A stretch of 58,510 nt of DNA, filler included, from Streblomastix strix (Eukaryota), in NCBI GenBank assembly GCA_008636045.1. It is 2 parts of 2 records of this genome, joined end to end, with 100 filler letters (N's around TTAATTAATTAA, not from the genome) between each part and the next. Parts side by side here need not be neighbours in the genome. Positions count along the whole stretch, not along the records: positions 1 to 29,231 come from SNRW01000105.1; positions 29,332 to 58,510 come from SNRW01000106.1. The stretch is one strand, 5' to 3'. Position numbers and translations under genes: made by a program. Positions 24,101-38,029 of the stretch are shown here, piece after piece; position 1 is the first letter of the stretch; every line of letters begins with the position of its first letter. The notes under the pieces are model-generated. The model had not been told where the DNA came from, did no database searches, and saw only the letters and a program-made list of their open reading frames with translations.

Positions 24101-27039
24101 AGCCCCCACATCGACCCATTCTCATCATGCATGAAAGCGTCGTGGTTCGAAAGATAAGACAAATCCACTCTATGGTCAGCTCTAAGCACAGTAAAAGCTC
24201 TCCCTATGTTCTCCCTCGCTTCAGATATAGTCAAGACTGACCTAACTCCGCCCAAAGCTGGTTTCTTAGCATTTGCAACCTTCGATCTCGACTGGGATGA
24301 TCTACTGATGCAGCAGTCGACTACATCGCATAGGACGGCACCGTTGCGCATAGGGTTGGCTATGACATGCGCTGATTAGTGGCTGTCGAGGACTTCGATG
24401 TGTAATTGCCTGAGCCACTGCAGGACTTCGTACTGCTCCATTTTTGTTACTCTGGGGTGGTCGTCGATTATCTGAGGGTGTTACAATAATAATATTATTT
24501 TAATAATTAAATAAATAATATACAATATATAAATATATAAATTTATTATAAAGATAACAAATTTTATTAAATATTGATAAATATAATTTTTAATATTTAA
24601 ATAAGTTCATTTATTAAACGATATAAACATATTTACACACTCCATCTCTCAATATTCTGTGCTCCACTTTATCATATTCAATCACAGTTGGTCCTTTCTT
24701 CCTTTTCTTTTTCTTCTTTCCTGCAAATCTGGGATCTTTTGATTGGGATAATTATTCTTATTTCTCTTTTTAGAGTTCTTCTTCTGTTTTTCGAGGAAGT
24801 GGAAGTCCTGATAATAATATACAAGATAATAATAAAAAATTATTCAATCAAATATATATAATTCAATTTAATTTAAATATATTTATTTATATTTAATGCA
24901 TTATTTCTTTTTTATTTAATCAATATAAATTAATTAATATATAATATTATACCAGGTGTCCCCAAAGGCCACAATTATTCTGGTGTTGGAGGAGGTTTCT
25001 TCAATTGTTTCTTCTCGTCTTTAAGTGTTTTTATCAAATAAGAACTTGCAAAACTAGTCGGGAATTTTCCACCTCCTTTTTTAATGCTTTCTTCCATTTC
25101 AATCTCAATTTATGCTTAAATTTCTTTTTCTCGCTTAATTTGTGAGTCTCGCAGAAGAGTAAGTTTCATTTTCGGAGGTGATTTGTATTATAGAGTATGC
25201 GGATCTATTGGATCAATTATTCCATATTTAACTTTCTTATGCCCATATTATTATTCATTTGAATTTGAATTTGAATTTGCACTAACGCTTCTTTCTTTAT
25301 TTTATTCATCTCGAATTGGAGATATGGATGATGAATAATTTCGTTTCGGTGTAAAATTACTTCCTGTTGATTATCTGTTTAAATATACATTTGTTCCTTG
25401 TGGTGCATACGTTGATCCTAATTGAAAAGATTCGGAATTAGTTTTGTTTGATTTCAGATCAGATTAAGATTATTATTATTGTTGTTGTTGTTGTTGTTTA
25501 TTTTATGGAGATAATGAAGATGATGAATTTAAATTGATGTTTCTTTGTTCTTTTATATTAGCTTGTTATGTTTCTGGTGATTTGAGAGGAGATTAAAGAT
25601 TATTTGTTTGAGAAGAAGATTTACTTTCTTTTGCGTGTTATTAAGCTGATTATTATTTTGGTCCAATTAAAGCTTCTTTTTTATTTATTGGACTTTGTTT
25701 CTAATTTGAATATTTCTGATTTGGACTTTGATTTGATTTATTATTCAGATTTGGAGATGTTGATCTCAATGGTTCTACTAGTGATCCATGAGATGAAAGT
25801 TTTTCTTATTATTGAGATTATGATTATTTTTAGATTTAATTTGGTGATTATTATTGAGTTTGTGATTAATTAGGTTAACTTTATGATATTTTCAATGAAT
25901 TATTTGATGATATCTTGATTGAGCTTTATGGAGAAGCTAATGTAGCTGAAAAAATTGAAGGTGCGTTTGATTTTAGTATTTAATTATCGTTTTAATTAAA
26001 TAATTCATTGATTTTATTACTTTCTTCATTTTAATGTTAATTTTATTCATTTTCATTAATTATCTAATTATTTGTTTATAATGGAACTTTCACAACATCA
26101 ATATCAAAATCAGATGAAAGATTGTTTTTCTTTGAATATTATTTTCTTTTCTTCTTCTTCTTATGTTATTATGTATATTCAGATGCAAAAGATTCGTTCC
26201 AATTATTTTCCCACGCTTTAATTCGTTTTTCATCAGAATAATATTATTTCAGTTTTTATTTATATTTATATTCATCATCTGGAGATAATGAATTTCCAAT
26301 TGAATGTTCTGGTGAAGTTGAAAATGATTCATTTTGCATTTGATTGAAGTTTTCACTTATATTTTGACCTTTGATGTTTTATGTTGAATTAGGAACTTAA
26401 AGTGATTAATATTATTACAGATATTATTATTCTTGATATTATAATTACTGTTATTAAAGTAAATGTGACAGTTTGCTCGGACTCAATTTAGATGCTTCAT
26501 GTCCTAAGTTAACAGTATATGATTATTGCCACGCTGATAATGGAATTGGTTAATCTGATGGAGAAAATCCTCGAATTGAAGATGATTATATTTATTATTT
26601 TATTAATTATGATTCTTTTGATTTCAAATTGGATTATTAATTAGAATTAATATTTTGATTATAGTTTTCTTTTCCTTATAAGTTTCTTCTCTAATTTGGT
26701 GACAATGTTTCATTCTTATTTTTAAATCCAAATGTATTGATTGTTGAATTATCAATTTATTATGAAAATGATAATTATTATTATTATGATTATATTTAAT
26801 CTTAATTTGTATATATACTCAATTGTTCTTACACTCTTTTAGGTAAAGGTGGTGATGGAATTTCTGATTTTGAATTTAGTTCATATTTAGAAATTGAATT
26901 TCGAATATTGATGCTTTTCTTAAGTGGAACTTCAGCTTTGTTTTCTTTTAATAGACTTTGATATAATGTTTCTTTTTATTTTGGTGATTATTAAGTTTAT
27001 TAATGTTTTGTTTGAATAGTGTTCTTTTATTCAAAATTC

Positions 27040-27078
<39 letters not shown>

Positions 27079-27797
27079 TCGAACTAAGTTTATTTAATTT
27101 AATTCCTTTCTATATTTATATTTTATTCAATTAAATTATTTTTATTAATTTTTTAAAAAATTTGAATTTTTTAATTTGTTTGTAAAGGAGTTTGTATTGC
27201 TTATGAATTAGAGAATTACTTCTATTCAGCTTGTGAAGTTTTGAAGGACTACATTGTTAATGATCTTTGCTGTAAAGTGAATAATGACCGAATAAAACTG
27301 ACAACTACCCAAATTTCACCATTCACATTCTGATATAATAAAAAATAAAATTATTGAAGAGAAAAAAAATTTGATAAATTAATAATAAATTAATAATATA
27401 TTAATAATATATTAATAATTTTAATAAAATATTTATTTAAATAAACATTAAAGAAAAATATAAATAATAATACTTCAGCAATAAGTGTACTAGCATCCGG
27501 TTGTTTCAAAATATCAGGGAAAGGAATTTTAGTTTTAGTCTCAAAGTATTAAGAGTTCAATATATTCACAACTTCATCAATGTTGGAAATTTGATCTTCA
27601 ATAGTCTGTGGATTTCTATGAACTCTTTATATTTCACAACCTCCAAGTATTTCAAGTAATTCACAAAGTACAACTCCGTTTTTAAGATTTTCTGCATTGT
27701 TCACTATTGTGCAATTCAAACTGGGTTCACCATCTAAATAAGGCTGTTTGTTGATCCAACTGATAAGTTCACGTTCACTAGCACGCAATGCACTCAT
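21162..27797 (-). CDS. Large multi-exon protein with four calponin-homology (CH) domains separated by Q/S/N-rich linkers
   Basis: Four W...L-x-[ND/S]G-x-[VL]LC signatures: LISWINK..LKNGVVLCELLE, VLQWLRQ..MRNGAVLCDVVD, LLGWIVS..FRSGVLLCDLAS, LAKWLES..LTDGTVLCRIIE, each followed by an NI..A-type helix. Seven GT-AG introns with consistent phases; ATG 27797, TGA 21162-21164. Confidence 0.85.
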
Positions 27798-28544
27798 CTA
27801 TAAATAAAATAAAAAAATCATTCAATATTTATTATTAGATGAAAAATATGGAAGATTTTTTAGAAATAAAAAATTTTGTTTCAAAATAAAGTTAAAAAAC
27901 ATTAGTAATCAAAATTTTACAGTCAAAAGAATAGAATTCATCGAAAAAATAAGGATTGAAAAATAAATGTATTCTAATAACTTGAATAAATCAAGTTTTA
28001 ATTAATGAATTTTAAAATAAATGTTTCGAAGAAATTTATTGATGAAAAAGATTAAAAATTTAATAATATAATGTAAAAATATATTATTATAATACAATAA
28101 ATAAATAATAATAAATTATATATCGAATATATAGTGTTAAAATCATTTTAATCTTAAATCTTAAATTACTTGTTTATTAAATTTTATTAAACAAAAATTG
28201 ATTATAAATTGTTATAAAATTAAGATTTATAAATAGAAAATAGTTAGATACTTTAAATATGTTGAATAAATGTTAAAGAAACTTGTAAAGAATGATTTTT
28301 TACGCTTATCCTATTCTTTTTTTGTTAAAGTATATAATTATTTCTAATCAAAAACCACAAATATTACTTGCCCAATTCATAAAAATATATAAAAGGATTT
28401 GCTACATGAGTATAAAAGCGGGATTTGTCGATTATATTTTATTTATAAATTTATTAAAGAATTGTATTTTTCTTAATTGATTTCAATATTAAAATTTTCA
28501 AATTAATTAAATTATTCCAAAATTTTATATTTTTAATTTTATTT

Positions 28545-29231
28545 CAAGTTTTAGAATTTATATTCCTCCGGGTTATAAACTACTTCCTGCAGAGATAGTG
28601 AGCTCTTCGATTGTTTATTGACTCTCAGGGCACCCGCCAATGGGCCCAGCCCGAAAAAGTCTTTGCATGGCAGAAAAGGAGTAATAATCAAGTTCATCGC
28701 AAGAGCAGGGTCCTTCGGTGTATGACGAAGACAGGAAAGCACTTTTGGTCCTAGCTTTTATGCTCAAACCCGAAATTGAAGCCTTTTTGGCGGATTAAGG
28801 CTTTGTCCCACCGACTTTTGACAAGGACGACCCCCGTTTCATAGAGAAGCTAGATGCACTCAAACTATATATGTTGAGCAAGCAAAAGGCGTTCGAGGAC
28901 CTCACCTAGAGATTTCCTGCGATGAACAACACATTTTCGAAATCTGACACGCAACAGAAGATGACATACGCACAAGTAGCCAATAGTAAGGAGGAACAGC
29001 TCAGATTCATTATAGAACATGGCCCTAGAGCATAGCTTATCGCGAATAGCAAGCCTGGACAGCCTGTAGCTTTATTACCGCGTCCCAGCGCACCGCCGTC
29101 GAGCGTGACCTCGAGTATCGACGATTCAGACTAGGATTTTTACACACATCATAAAAAGAAGCGCAAACGCATAGAAAGATCTCCTTCAGAGTCCTCAAGC
29201 AGCACTAGTAGCTCAAGATCTAGTAGACATC
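28545..29231 (+). mobile_element. Probable 5' end of a second retroelement (leader plus gag-like ORF 28667..>29231), cut by the gap
   Basis: Abrupt GC rise; intronless ORF MAEKEQQSSSSQEQGPSVYDEDRKALL...HHKKKRKRIERSPSESSSSTSSSRSSRH; leader shares GCCAA(A)TGGGCC with the leader of the first DIRS. No diagnostic enzyme domain visible. Confidence 0.45.
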
Positions 29232-29331
29232 NNNNNNNNNNNNNNNNNNNNNNNNNNNNNNNNNNNNNNNNNNNNTTAATTAATTAANNNNNNNNNNNNN
29301 NNNNNNNNNNNNNNNNNNNNNNNNNNNNNNN
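29232..29331. other. 100-nt assembly spacer containing an artificial six-frame stop linker TTAATTAATTAA (29276-29287)
   Basis: N-runs flank a palindromic all-frame TAA linker, so the two sides need not be truly adjacent. Confidence 0.9.
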
Positions 29332-32300
29332 CATATATTGGAAGTATTTCGAGATTAATTCCTTCATTTTCATTAAACATTTCTTAATAGACATCATAAT
29401 GTTCTTTAATTTATTATATTGATAGATCTGAAAATGGTTTGAGTAGATTAGTCAGAGTCTTAGTATGTTGTTTAACTTATTATTTTATTTATTTCTTTTC
29501 ATTTTAATTTTAATTATCATCCTTATCTTTTAATAAATTGTTATTATTCAATTATTGAGCATCAGTATCCATTTCTTCTTCATTAATTTAGTCATCATTT
29601 TCTTTTTCATTATCTTCATTATTTTTCTTATTTTATTTCTTATTTTGATTTTTTATCTTTTCTTTTATATTTTTATCCTTGTTTATTGCTTTTATACTTT
29701 ATTGTTTATTTGCCTTCTTTTCTTCTTTTTTTCTTTCCAGTTAAGTTTTTCTCAATTATTATAGAGTGTTTAAAAACTTACTATTTTACTCATCAAATCT
29801 TTCACTTATTTTCTTCTTTATTATTCCTTATCCAAATTTATTATCTAATTTTTCATTTATTTTATTTATTATTAATGTTTAAGATGGAATTTAACTTTAT
29901 TATTTAAAAAAAACGGGTTTATGTTGAATTTCGTGCTAATTTTTTCTTGCTTATTAATTTTATTGTTTTGCTGTTAATTCATCTTCAATAGTCTCATTCT
30001 CATTTTATTTATCCATTTACAATTCCTTATCTTAAGATTTATTCATTTGATTTAACTTCTAATCCTTATTCTCCTATTCTTCATCATCACTTTTGTTTAA
30101 TTCAAATTAGAAATCATTAACAATGTCCAATATTTCATTTATTATTGATTCTAATATATCCCACTATTATTAACCCCAATTTTGTTATTGTTATTATTTT
30201 CCTTTTTGTTCTTCTTCTTCTTTATTGAATTGGGAATAAAATTAATCAACATCTTTTTCAATTTATAGAATATCACTTCCATCAGAACTATTTTCATTAT
30301 CAATTTATTTATTATTTAATCTTCTTCTTTTAATTCCACCCAATTCATCATCATCATCATTATTAATTTAATTATCACTATCATATTCATTATCATTATA
30401 TCTCTTTCTCTTATTCTTTTACCCTATTTAGAAATCTGAATCATCATCTTCATCAATTTTCGTCCTTTTCTTTCTTTTTCTTCTTTTTTCTTCTGCATTC
30501 AAATCATTTTCCATTTCTATTTTATTATCCATATAAATATTTTCTTTATTTCTTTTCTCAACTTAATCTTTTTTCTTTTGTATTATTTTTAACATTCTTT
30601 AAGCATTTCTTTATTCAGATTCAACAACACCTTTATGATTTCTAATTAATTAAGCTCTGCTATCTAATTATTATATTTTAAATAAAGATTCTATATATAT
30701 TGATTAATCTTATTATGAATAATGTGCAAATGATTATACTAATGCAAGAGCTAATCTTACAACTCCTCTTATTCCAAATTACGAAGTAACTGTTTATTCA
30801 TGTTTTGATTTAATAATTAAATTATTTGATTAACCGTTAGATTATAATTAAATATTTTTTTAATCAATAATTTTAGATTCTTTTTCTTTTCCTTTCATTT
30901 TTGTTTTCAATTTTTTCCTATCAATCATTCTTTAATTTCTTGCAGACCTTTATTCTTATTATCTTTTTTATTCTCTTTATAAAATACCACAAACTGTATA
31001 TAACGCAGAATATGTAAATAATATTCCCATAAAAGGTTAATCTCTTGAAATTAGTATTGGAAATAATTATGCCCCAGAATTTAATGATGATGAAGAAGAT
31101 ATTGGAGATGAATTGTTGTTTTAATTTATATGAAGAAAATCAGTCAATGAATATGAATTAATCTAATTTTGTTATTTGTCAATATCATCACTAATAATAC
31201 CAGGAAGTTAAATCCATCCTCTTCCATATTAATATTTAAATATTTATTATTTGATTAATGTATCATTAATAGTTTATTTCTAACTTTCTCTATTAATATT
31301 TATATTATCCTTCTTTTGATACAATCTAATAATTCCACTCATTCCCCAACCTTCACATCTGGTTCCTTATCCTTAGTCAAAGCATGAAAGTGATACATCT
31401 GACACTATTAAATTCAAATTTTATTCCTAATAAAATTAAATATATTACATATAATACAGTTGATAACAAATAGATAATTAAACATGTAAATAAAACAAAA
31501 TAAAATGAATAATAAACCTAAGGATCAGAAATTACACACAATACAGAAGAAGCAGCTTCACTAGCTGCTCTTACAATTTATCGTTCATATGCAATTGCAA
31601 GAAGCAGAATATGTATCTATGAATTTGTATTTTGTATATATATATATATATTAAATATAAAATGAAATATAAATATTTATTATTTTCAATTTTTTAACAA
31701 ATATATATATTTAAATTCAAACAACAGAAGGTACACTAAATCTTCTTACAGCATGAGCATAATCACAATGAGAAGAAAATCCAGAATGAATGCATTAAAG
31801 TAGTAATGATAACTTTGATATATATTAAATTCGTTATTATTACCTAATTTTTAAATTTTAATCTTAAAAGTTCTATTTATTACTTATGTCATTTGATTCA
31901 ATTTTATTAGAAGATTATAAATTATTAAATTATTAAATCTATTAAATAGTTTATTCTTATTAAACAATATCTTTATTATTAATATGGTCAATATCATTTT
32001 CCATATCTAACTTCTATACTTCCATATTTTTCTTTTCATTCTCATCATTAATTGATTTATTATATTATTAATTATTTGTATTAATTTATATTTGACTCTT
32101 CTAATCTATGTTCAAAGTATTCTAACCATCAAGTTCAATTCTAACTTCGTCTTTATCATTAAATATATTATCTAAGTCATCTTATATTAATTCTAGTAAT
32201 AAATATTTTTATCTTTATTTATTATTTAATTTCTCTTAATTTATTCTTTTTATTATTTCTTTTCTTTTAATTCCCTTCGGAGTCAACATTCTTTGCTTTA

Positions 32301-35300
32301 ATTTAATTGCTGATCCTTATTATTTCATTTTTCTTCCAGATCTTCCATAAACTCCACCCTTAATCATATTTATACATAATAATATAAAAATTATTAAAAT
32401 AAATAAATAAAATTAAAATTAATTACAATTAATTAAGAATAAATGATATGAATATTTATATTACCTAAGAACTTCCTATAGCTTCTAATCCAAATAAACC
32501 ATCTTCTTCCATTTAATCTAATTCATTTCTTTATTATTAATCATCATCTATATCTTTTTAAGATAATTAATATTTGCTTTGTTATTTATTTGATTTAGTA
32601 ATGTTTTTTATTGGAGTTTATAATAATAAATCTTTATTTTATAATTAAATTTATTATTTTTCTTCAATAATATGTTTTTCTTATTAATTTATGTTATATT
32701 AATTAATGTTTCCTTATTATTTAATAGGAATATTTTCTGATTAATAATCAATTTCTAATTCAATTTAATTGTTTCTTTATTTATCTTCTATATTTATAAT
32801 ATCTTCATCATCATCTTCATCATCATGATTCTATTTCACAAGTTTTCTTCTTTGCTGATTCTGCAATCCATTTGTATTTAAATTAATTTTATTATTATTT
32901 TATTCATTAAAACCGCTTATTGCTGAGTTATAATTATCAATATCAAAGAAATCATCATTATCTTCTCCCATATATTCATTCTAAATATTAGTTGTATCTC
33001 TAATTATATCTTCATTTTCATTATCTAAACTATAATCATCCTCATCTTCATCTTCATCATTTAATGAATCTCCCAATTTTTCTCCTTCAATTGTACCTTC
33101 ACTCATTGATAGCATTGTTATCATCATTAATTTATCATTAATTTCATTTCCTAATTAATTCCTTTATTATTTATTCTTATTTATATTATTCATATTTTCA
33201 TTCATTTAATCGATCTATTCATTGATCCAACTAATTTTATTTCTAATTCCTTAAGTACTTTTAGCCATTTTTGAAACCCAAAAAACTTCTTCTTCTTCTT
33301 CCCATCCTTTTTGTCTCGCTTCCCAACGAAGATCACTCAATCTAATTTATTAACAATTAAATTATTATTAAACTACAATAATTTACAATTATAATACCTA
33401 TATAGTGACAAAGTAAGTGCAGATAATTAGATAATATCTCCTAATGTATCAATTCCCCATTAACCCATTCTAAATTATTTTATTAATAATAATGTTAACT
33501 TATTTACATTAATATACAATAAATAAAAATATATAAAAATAATTATTATTAAATAAAGAAATTTATATTAAAATTTATATAATAGTATATTTATACACTA
33601 ATACTTCCAATAATTCATTGTCTGATAAAAGTGATGCTTCAATTACTCTTCTTACTCCAACAACTAAATGTATCCTTTTCCAAAGAGGTAAATACTAATA
33701 TATATATACAAGAATACAAATAATAAATATCTTATCTGAAATTTATGAAAAAGAATATATATAGTGAAATACGAATAAACCTGCGCTTAAGCAAATAATA
33801 AATCTCCTTCATTTTCTTCCTCATCTATTCCATTATTCTTCTTTAAGTTTTCCTGGTTCTTTTCTTTCTCAAATTCAATTTTCATTGCTAATAACTAATA
33901 ATAATAAATATATATTATATAAAGTGAATATTATATTATAAATGAAGTTAAATACTTCATCATCTGTTAATTCAGTGTCTTCAGTAATAAGAACTGTATT
34001 AACAGCCCAAACTAACTCTACAAGAAGTCGTAAAGCCGATCAAATTTCTACATATCTATAATAATATTAAACATAAAAAATAAATACTAAGATAAAAAAA
34101 AATTTAAAGATTAAATATTTTTATTTAATAATGAATAAAGGACTTTATACTTATCTTTCATTCCAATCCATTCAACAATCCTTTGAATAATTAATCTAAA
34201 TAAATCAATTCTTAGCAATACATTAATAACAGTGGTATCATATCTTGGCATTCTTATATGAAGAAGACAAGGTGCCATTTAAGAAAGAAATTATTGTTAT
34301 TAATATTACTGTTATGACTAAGAAATGAAAGATGAAGAAATATTCTATGATTAAGATTATAAAGCACTAAATGATTTTGTAGATGTATCAATTGATATAA
34401 TTGTTGGTAACTAATATTATTTTGTATTCATATTATTGCTAGTTCTATTATCTTCAGTAAAATATGTTTATTAATCTTAAATAATTTACCTTTTTATTAA
34501 TTTTCTTTTTTAAGGATCAATTGGAATTGGAGTAACGCCGCATGAGAGGATTGGTAAGAATGGTTAACTTCCTTCATTTAATTATATTTCTATTAATTCT
34601 TCCTGTTCTTATTCATATTTTTCTTAGTCTTTTACATCATTTCTTTATTCAGAATGCATCAATTAAACCCACCATTTCATAGACTTATTTTCATATTATT
34701 ATCTTTTTAATGAAAGAATTAAAGCAAATAATCTTATAGTGTATATCCAACTGATCATTGGAATTTCATTTTCTCCATCCATTCCAGACAATCCCCTTAA
34801 TAATCCTCCTAATGAACATGATATTAACTATTCAGATCGTAAAGACAATGTATTACAAGCTGACCATATAATTCCTTTTCCAATTTACGTTACTCTGGAT
34901 AATGCACTTCTACCAGGTAGAAGAATCTAATCAAATCTCCCTCCTTTCGAGCTGTTACTAATATTTGAACCTGCATAAGTAATATCTTATATTGAATATC
35001 CATCATTTATCTAAATTCCTTATCTTTGTTATGTTAATGGATGATTAGACATATTTATATTTAGCGGATCAATTTTATGTAATTTGATTATTTATTAATT
35101 TTATTAATTCAAATTTTATATATTATCATCTTTTAATGTTATTTTTGATCTGGGAGCTCCAATTGTTGATGTAAGTGGTGTAAGTGTTTGAATTGTTCCT
35201 TATTATTAACTTATTTAACTTATTTAATTTTATTATTTAATATTTTGATAAGATTTCTAAAATGCAATAATTGGTCCTGTTCCTGATGATTAAGCTATTG

Positions 35301-37252
35301 ACTTCCTTTCCTGGATATATTATTAATATAATGAAATAGTAAAGCAATGAAATAAAAACAAACCTTCAGTTTAGCAAATAAATTTAAATTATTATTTTGT
35401 AAGTGCGTTTATGAATGAAGCTCTAATAATCGATCTTTAGCACTGGTGTTGTGAGTTAATATTTCATTCTTATTTTATTATGGTTATTGTAAGGATAATT
35501 ATGATGGTAATGAAGAAAAAATAGATTAATGATTTTATTTTTCATTTCTATTAATCAAAGAAGGAGGAAACATTGTATTCAATGAATATTATTATTTCTC
35601 ATTTTCTTTATCTTATTTACTTTTATTCTCCAATTCTAATTGTATTTATTGTTATTTAATTTTCTCTAATCATTATTCTCTTTCTATCTTTCTCCTCATC
35701 TTCCTTATTCTTTCTCCATTATTACCCCCACTTCTGATATAATCAACACATAATCTATCTGGATGTGCATCTCTTATAATAAGCCCATAGCAATCAATGA
35801 CCAACTGTGATATTGATGATGTGTTCAATGTCATTAATGCTGCTGTTGTCATTGCTTATGTTACTGAAGATACTATTGAGTGAAGAGTGTGTTATTATGA
35901 CTAAGAAGATTAAGAATGATTGTTTTCATTTCTATTTATTAAATATTCATTACTTTAATTAGTATTGAAATAATTATTGTTGTTTTTATTATCAATATTA
36001 GTTTAGTTTGCTTTGCTATCATTCATCTATCCATCCTGTTAATCTTCTTCTTCTTCTTCTTCATTCCAACTCATCTCTACATCCACAGCCAATTAATGAA
36101 GACGTGGAGCATGTGGCATTAATATTCTACAATATGGAATAATCTCAACAATTAATGCTAACATATCAAATATTCCAGTTACTTCAAATGTCTTTAGTAA
36201 TTGTTCATGTTTTGGACCACTCATGAATAGTATGTTTCTAATTAATGTTAAAAGTAATTCAATTAATGCTCCATCTTCTTCTTCCATTGAAATTAATGAA
36301 TAAAGCTTATCTATTTATTCTTTTTCATTCTCTCTCTAATCTTCTTCAAGTACCAAAGCATTTTATATCAATTCAGCTTCTTCTTCATTTTCTTCTTCTT
36401 CTTCTTCTTCTTCTTCTTCTTCTTCTTCATTTTCTTCTTCATCAAATTAACTTTATTCTTCACTATTATCCTCTTCATCAGAGAACAAATCATCTGATTC
36501 ATTTTCTTTATTTAAATTGTTTTGTTATTAATTAGTGTTTATTAGATTTGATTTATCATTATTTGCAATATCTATTTTATTTGATTATTAATTTAATTGA
36601 TCATTTTCATTTCCTCCTTTTTCTTCATCTTCATCATTTTCAACTTTAGTTATTTCTTCTTCCCCATTTGGTAGTAAATTCATAAACAATGAGACAATAT
36701 ATAAATAAAGCCTTTCATTAGAAACAAAATCTTCTTCAAAATGATATATAGTGTCTCTAAATCTCAAAGGTCTTCCAACATTCTCTTCAATTTCTAATTC
36801 TTCTGCTCCTTTTATATTATGAGTTAAAAGAGTAAGATCAGTGTTTGTTGGCATTGAAACAAGTGTGAGAATCTTTAGTGCAGATAATTATATAGTATGA
36901 AGCATTTCTATGTTTGCCATAAATCCAGTTTCTTTTTCTTGTTCTTCTTTCAGTATTCTTTCTGAACAAGCAATGAATAGTGGTATAATAACTTTTGAGA
37001 TCACATGGTTACGCGCAAGGCTTTACCATATAAGACGATTTGCTCCTTCACGATTCAGTAATCCAAAAAGTAATCTTACATTCTATTATGACCGTTTCAG
37101 CTCTTGACTGTAATAAAGAAACAAATAAAAAACTTGTGATATTAAATGGTGGGTAATAACCTTTAATTTCCACTCAATTCTCCGCTTTAAATCTTCTTCA
37201 ATGTAACAGCAAGAGTTGATATCGCATATGTAGCAACATCAGTTGAAGGCAT
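29332..37252 (-). CDS. TIMELESS: Timeless/Tof1/Swi1 family replication-fork protection protein, multi-exon, 3' end lost in the gap; two in-frame TGA codons
   Basis: Collinear Timeless-like motifs: ALKILTLVSMP, EEEDGALIELLLTLIRNILFM..KHEQLLKTFEVTGIFDML, LVIDCYGLIIRDAHPDRL, SALRLLVELV, TLGDIIQLSALTLSL, SIYIESLFK, with long acidic/Q-rich insertions. No frameshift found; one splice junction near 33470-33600 is uncertain. TGA at 35670-35672 and 34040-34042. Confidence 0.78.
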
Positions 37253-38029
37253 AAAAATAAATCTACAAAATAAAAAAATGTTACAAAAATTAGTTTGATG
37301 AGAAATTCAGCATTGAACAAATACTCAATGATGTGCATATATGCATTAAATTTGTTCGGAATAAGCAATACATTATAGCATGATGAGATAATTAAAATGG
37401 TAAATAAATTTATTTCTTTAAGATTAAGCTAAAACAACAACTTTTTGTGAAATTTAACTATTTTTTTGAATTTTTGTTATTTCTCTTTTAAATTATATGA
37501 TCAGTTTTTATTAATCTTCAAAAATTCTTTTATATTCATTTATTTCTCCTTACATTTCTTAATTATCTTTCTTTATTTATTATTTTAAATAACCATGGCA
37601 TTTTAGGCAAAAGTGAAGACAGGCCTAAGTATGTTTTCCCAGCCGAAAAGGTCCTTCTGAGTGGGACTTTTTAGCCGAAGGTCACGGCTGAGAGTGTTTA
37701 ATATTTGATGTAAGTTTATCATAGCATAATAAAACTCCTAAAAATATAAAATCATTATGAAAATGACCATAGTATCTGCAATTTGTACTTGAATCATTTT
37801 TTGGATTTTACCACTCTTCCAATGTATATTTTCCTTATACAATTATTTAATATAATATATAAATTATAATTACATAAATTAATCTTATAAAAATAATATT
37901 TATACTTATATACACAAATATTTATAAAAATTTAATAAATCGTAAATATTTATCCATGAGGTTGTTATTTATTCGTTCATACATATATTTTATTTTATTT
38001 AATATCATTTATATCTATTCATTAAATAC

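Noticed and set aside
29276..29287. Palindrome TTAATTAATTAA between N-runs
   Set aside because: Artificial six-frame stop linker from scaffolding, not biology; it also prevents claiming that the retroelement at 28545 inserted into Timeless.
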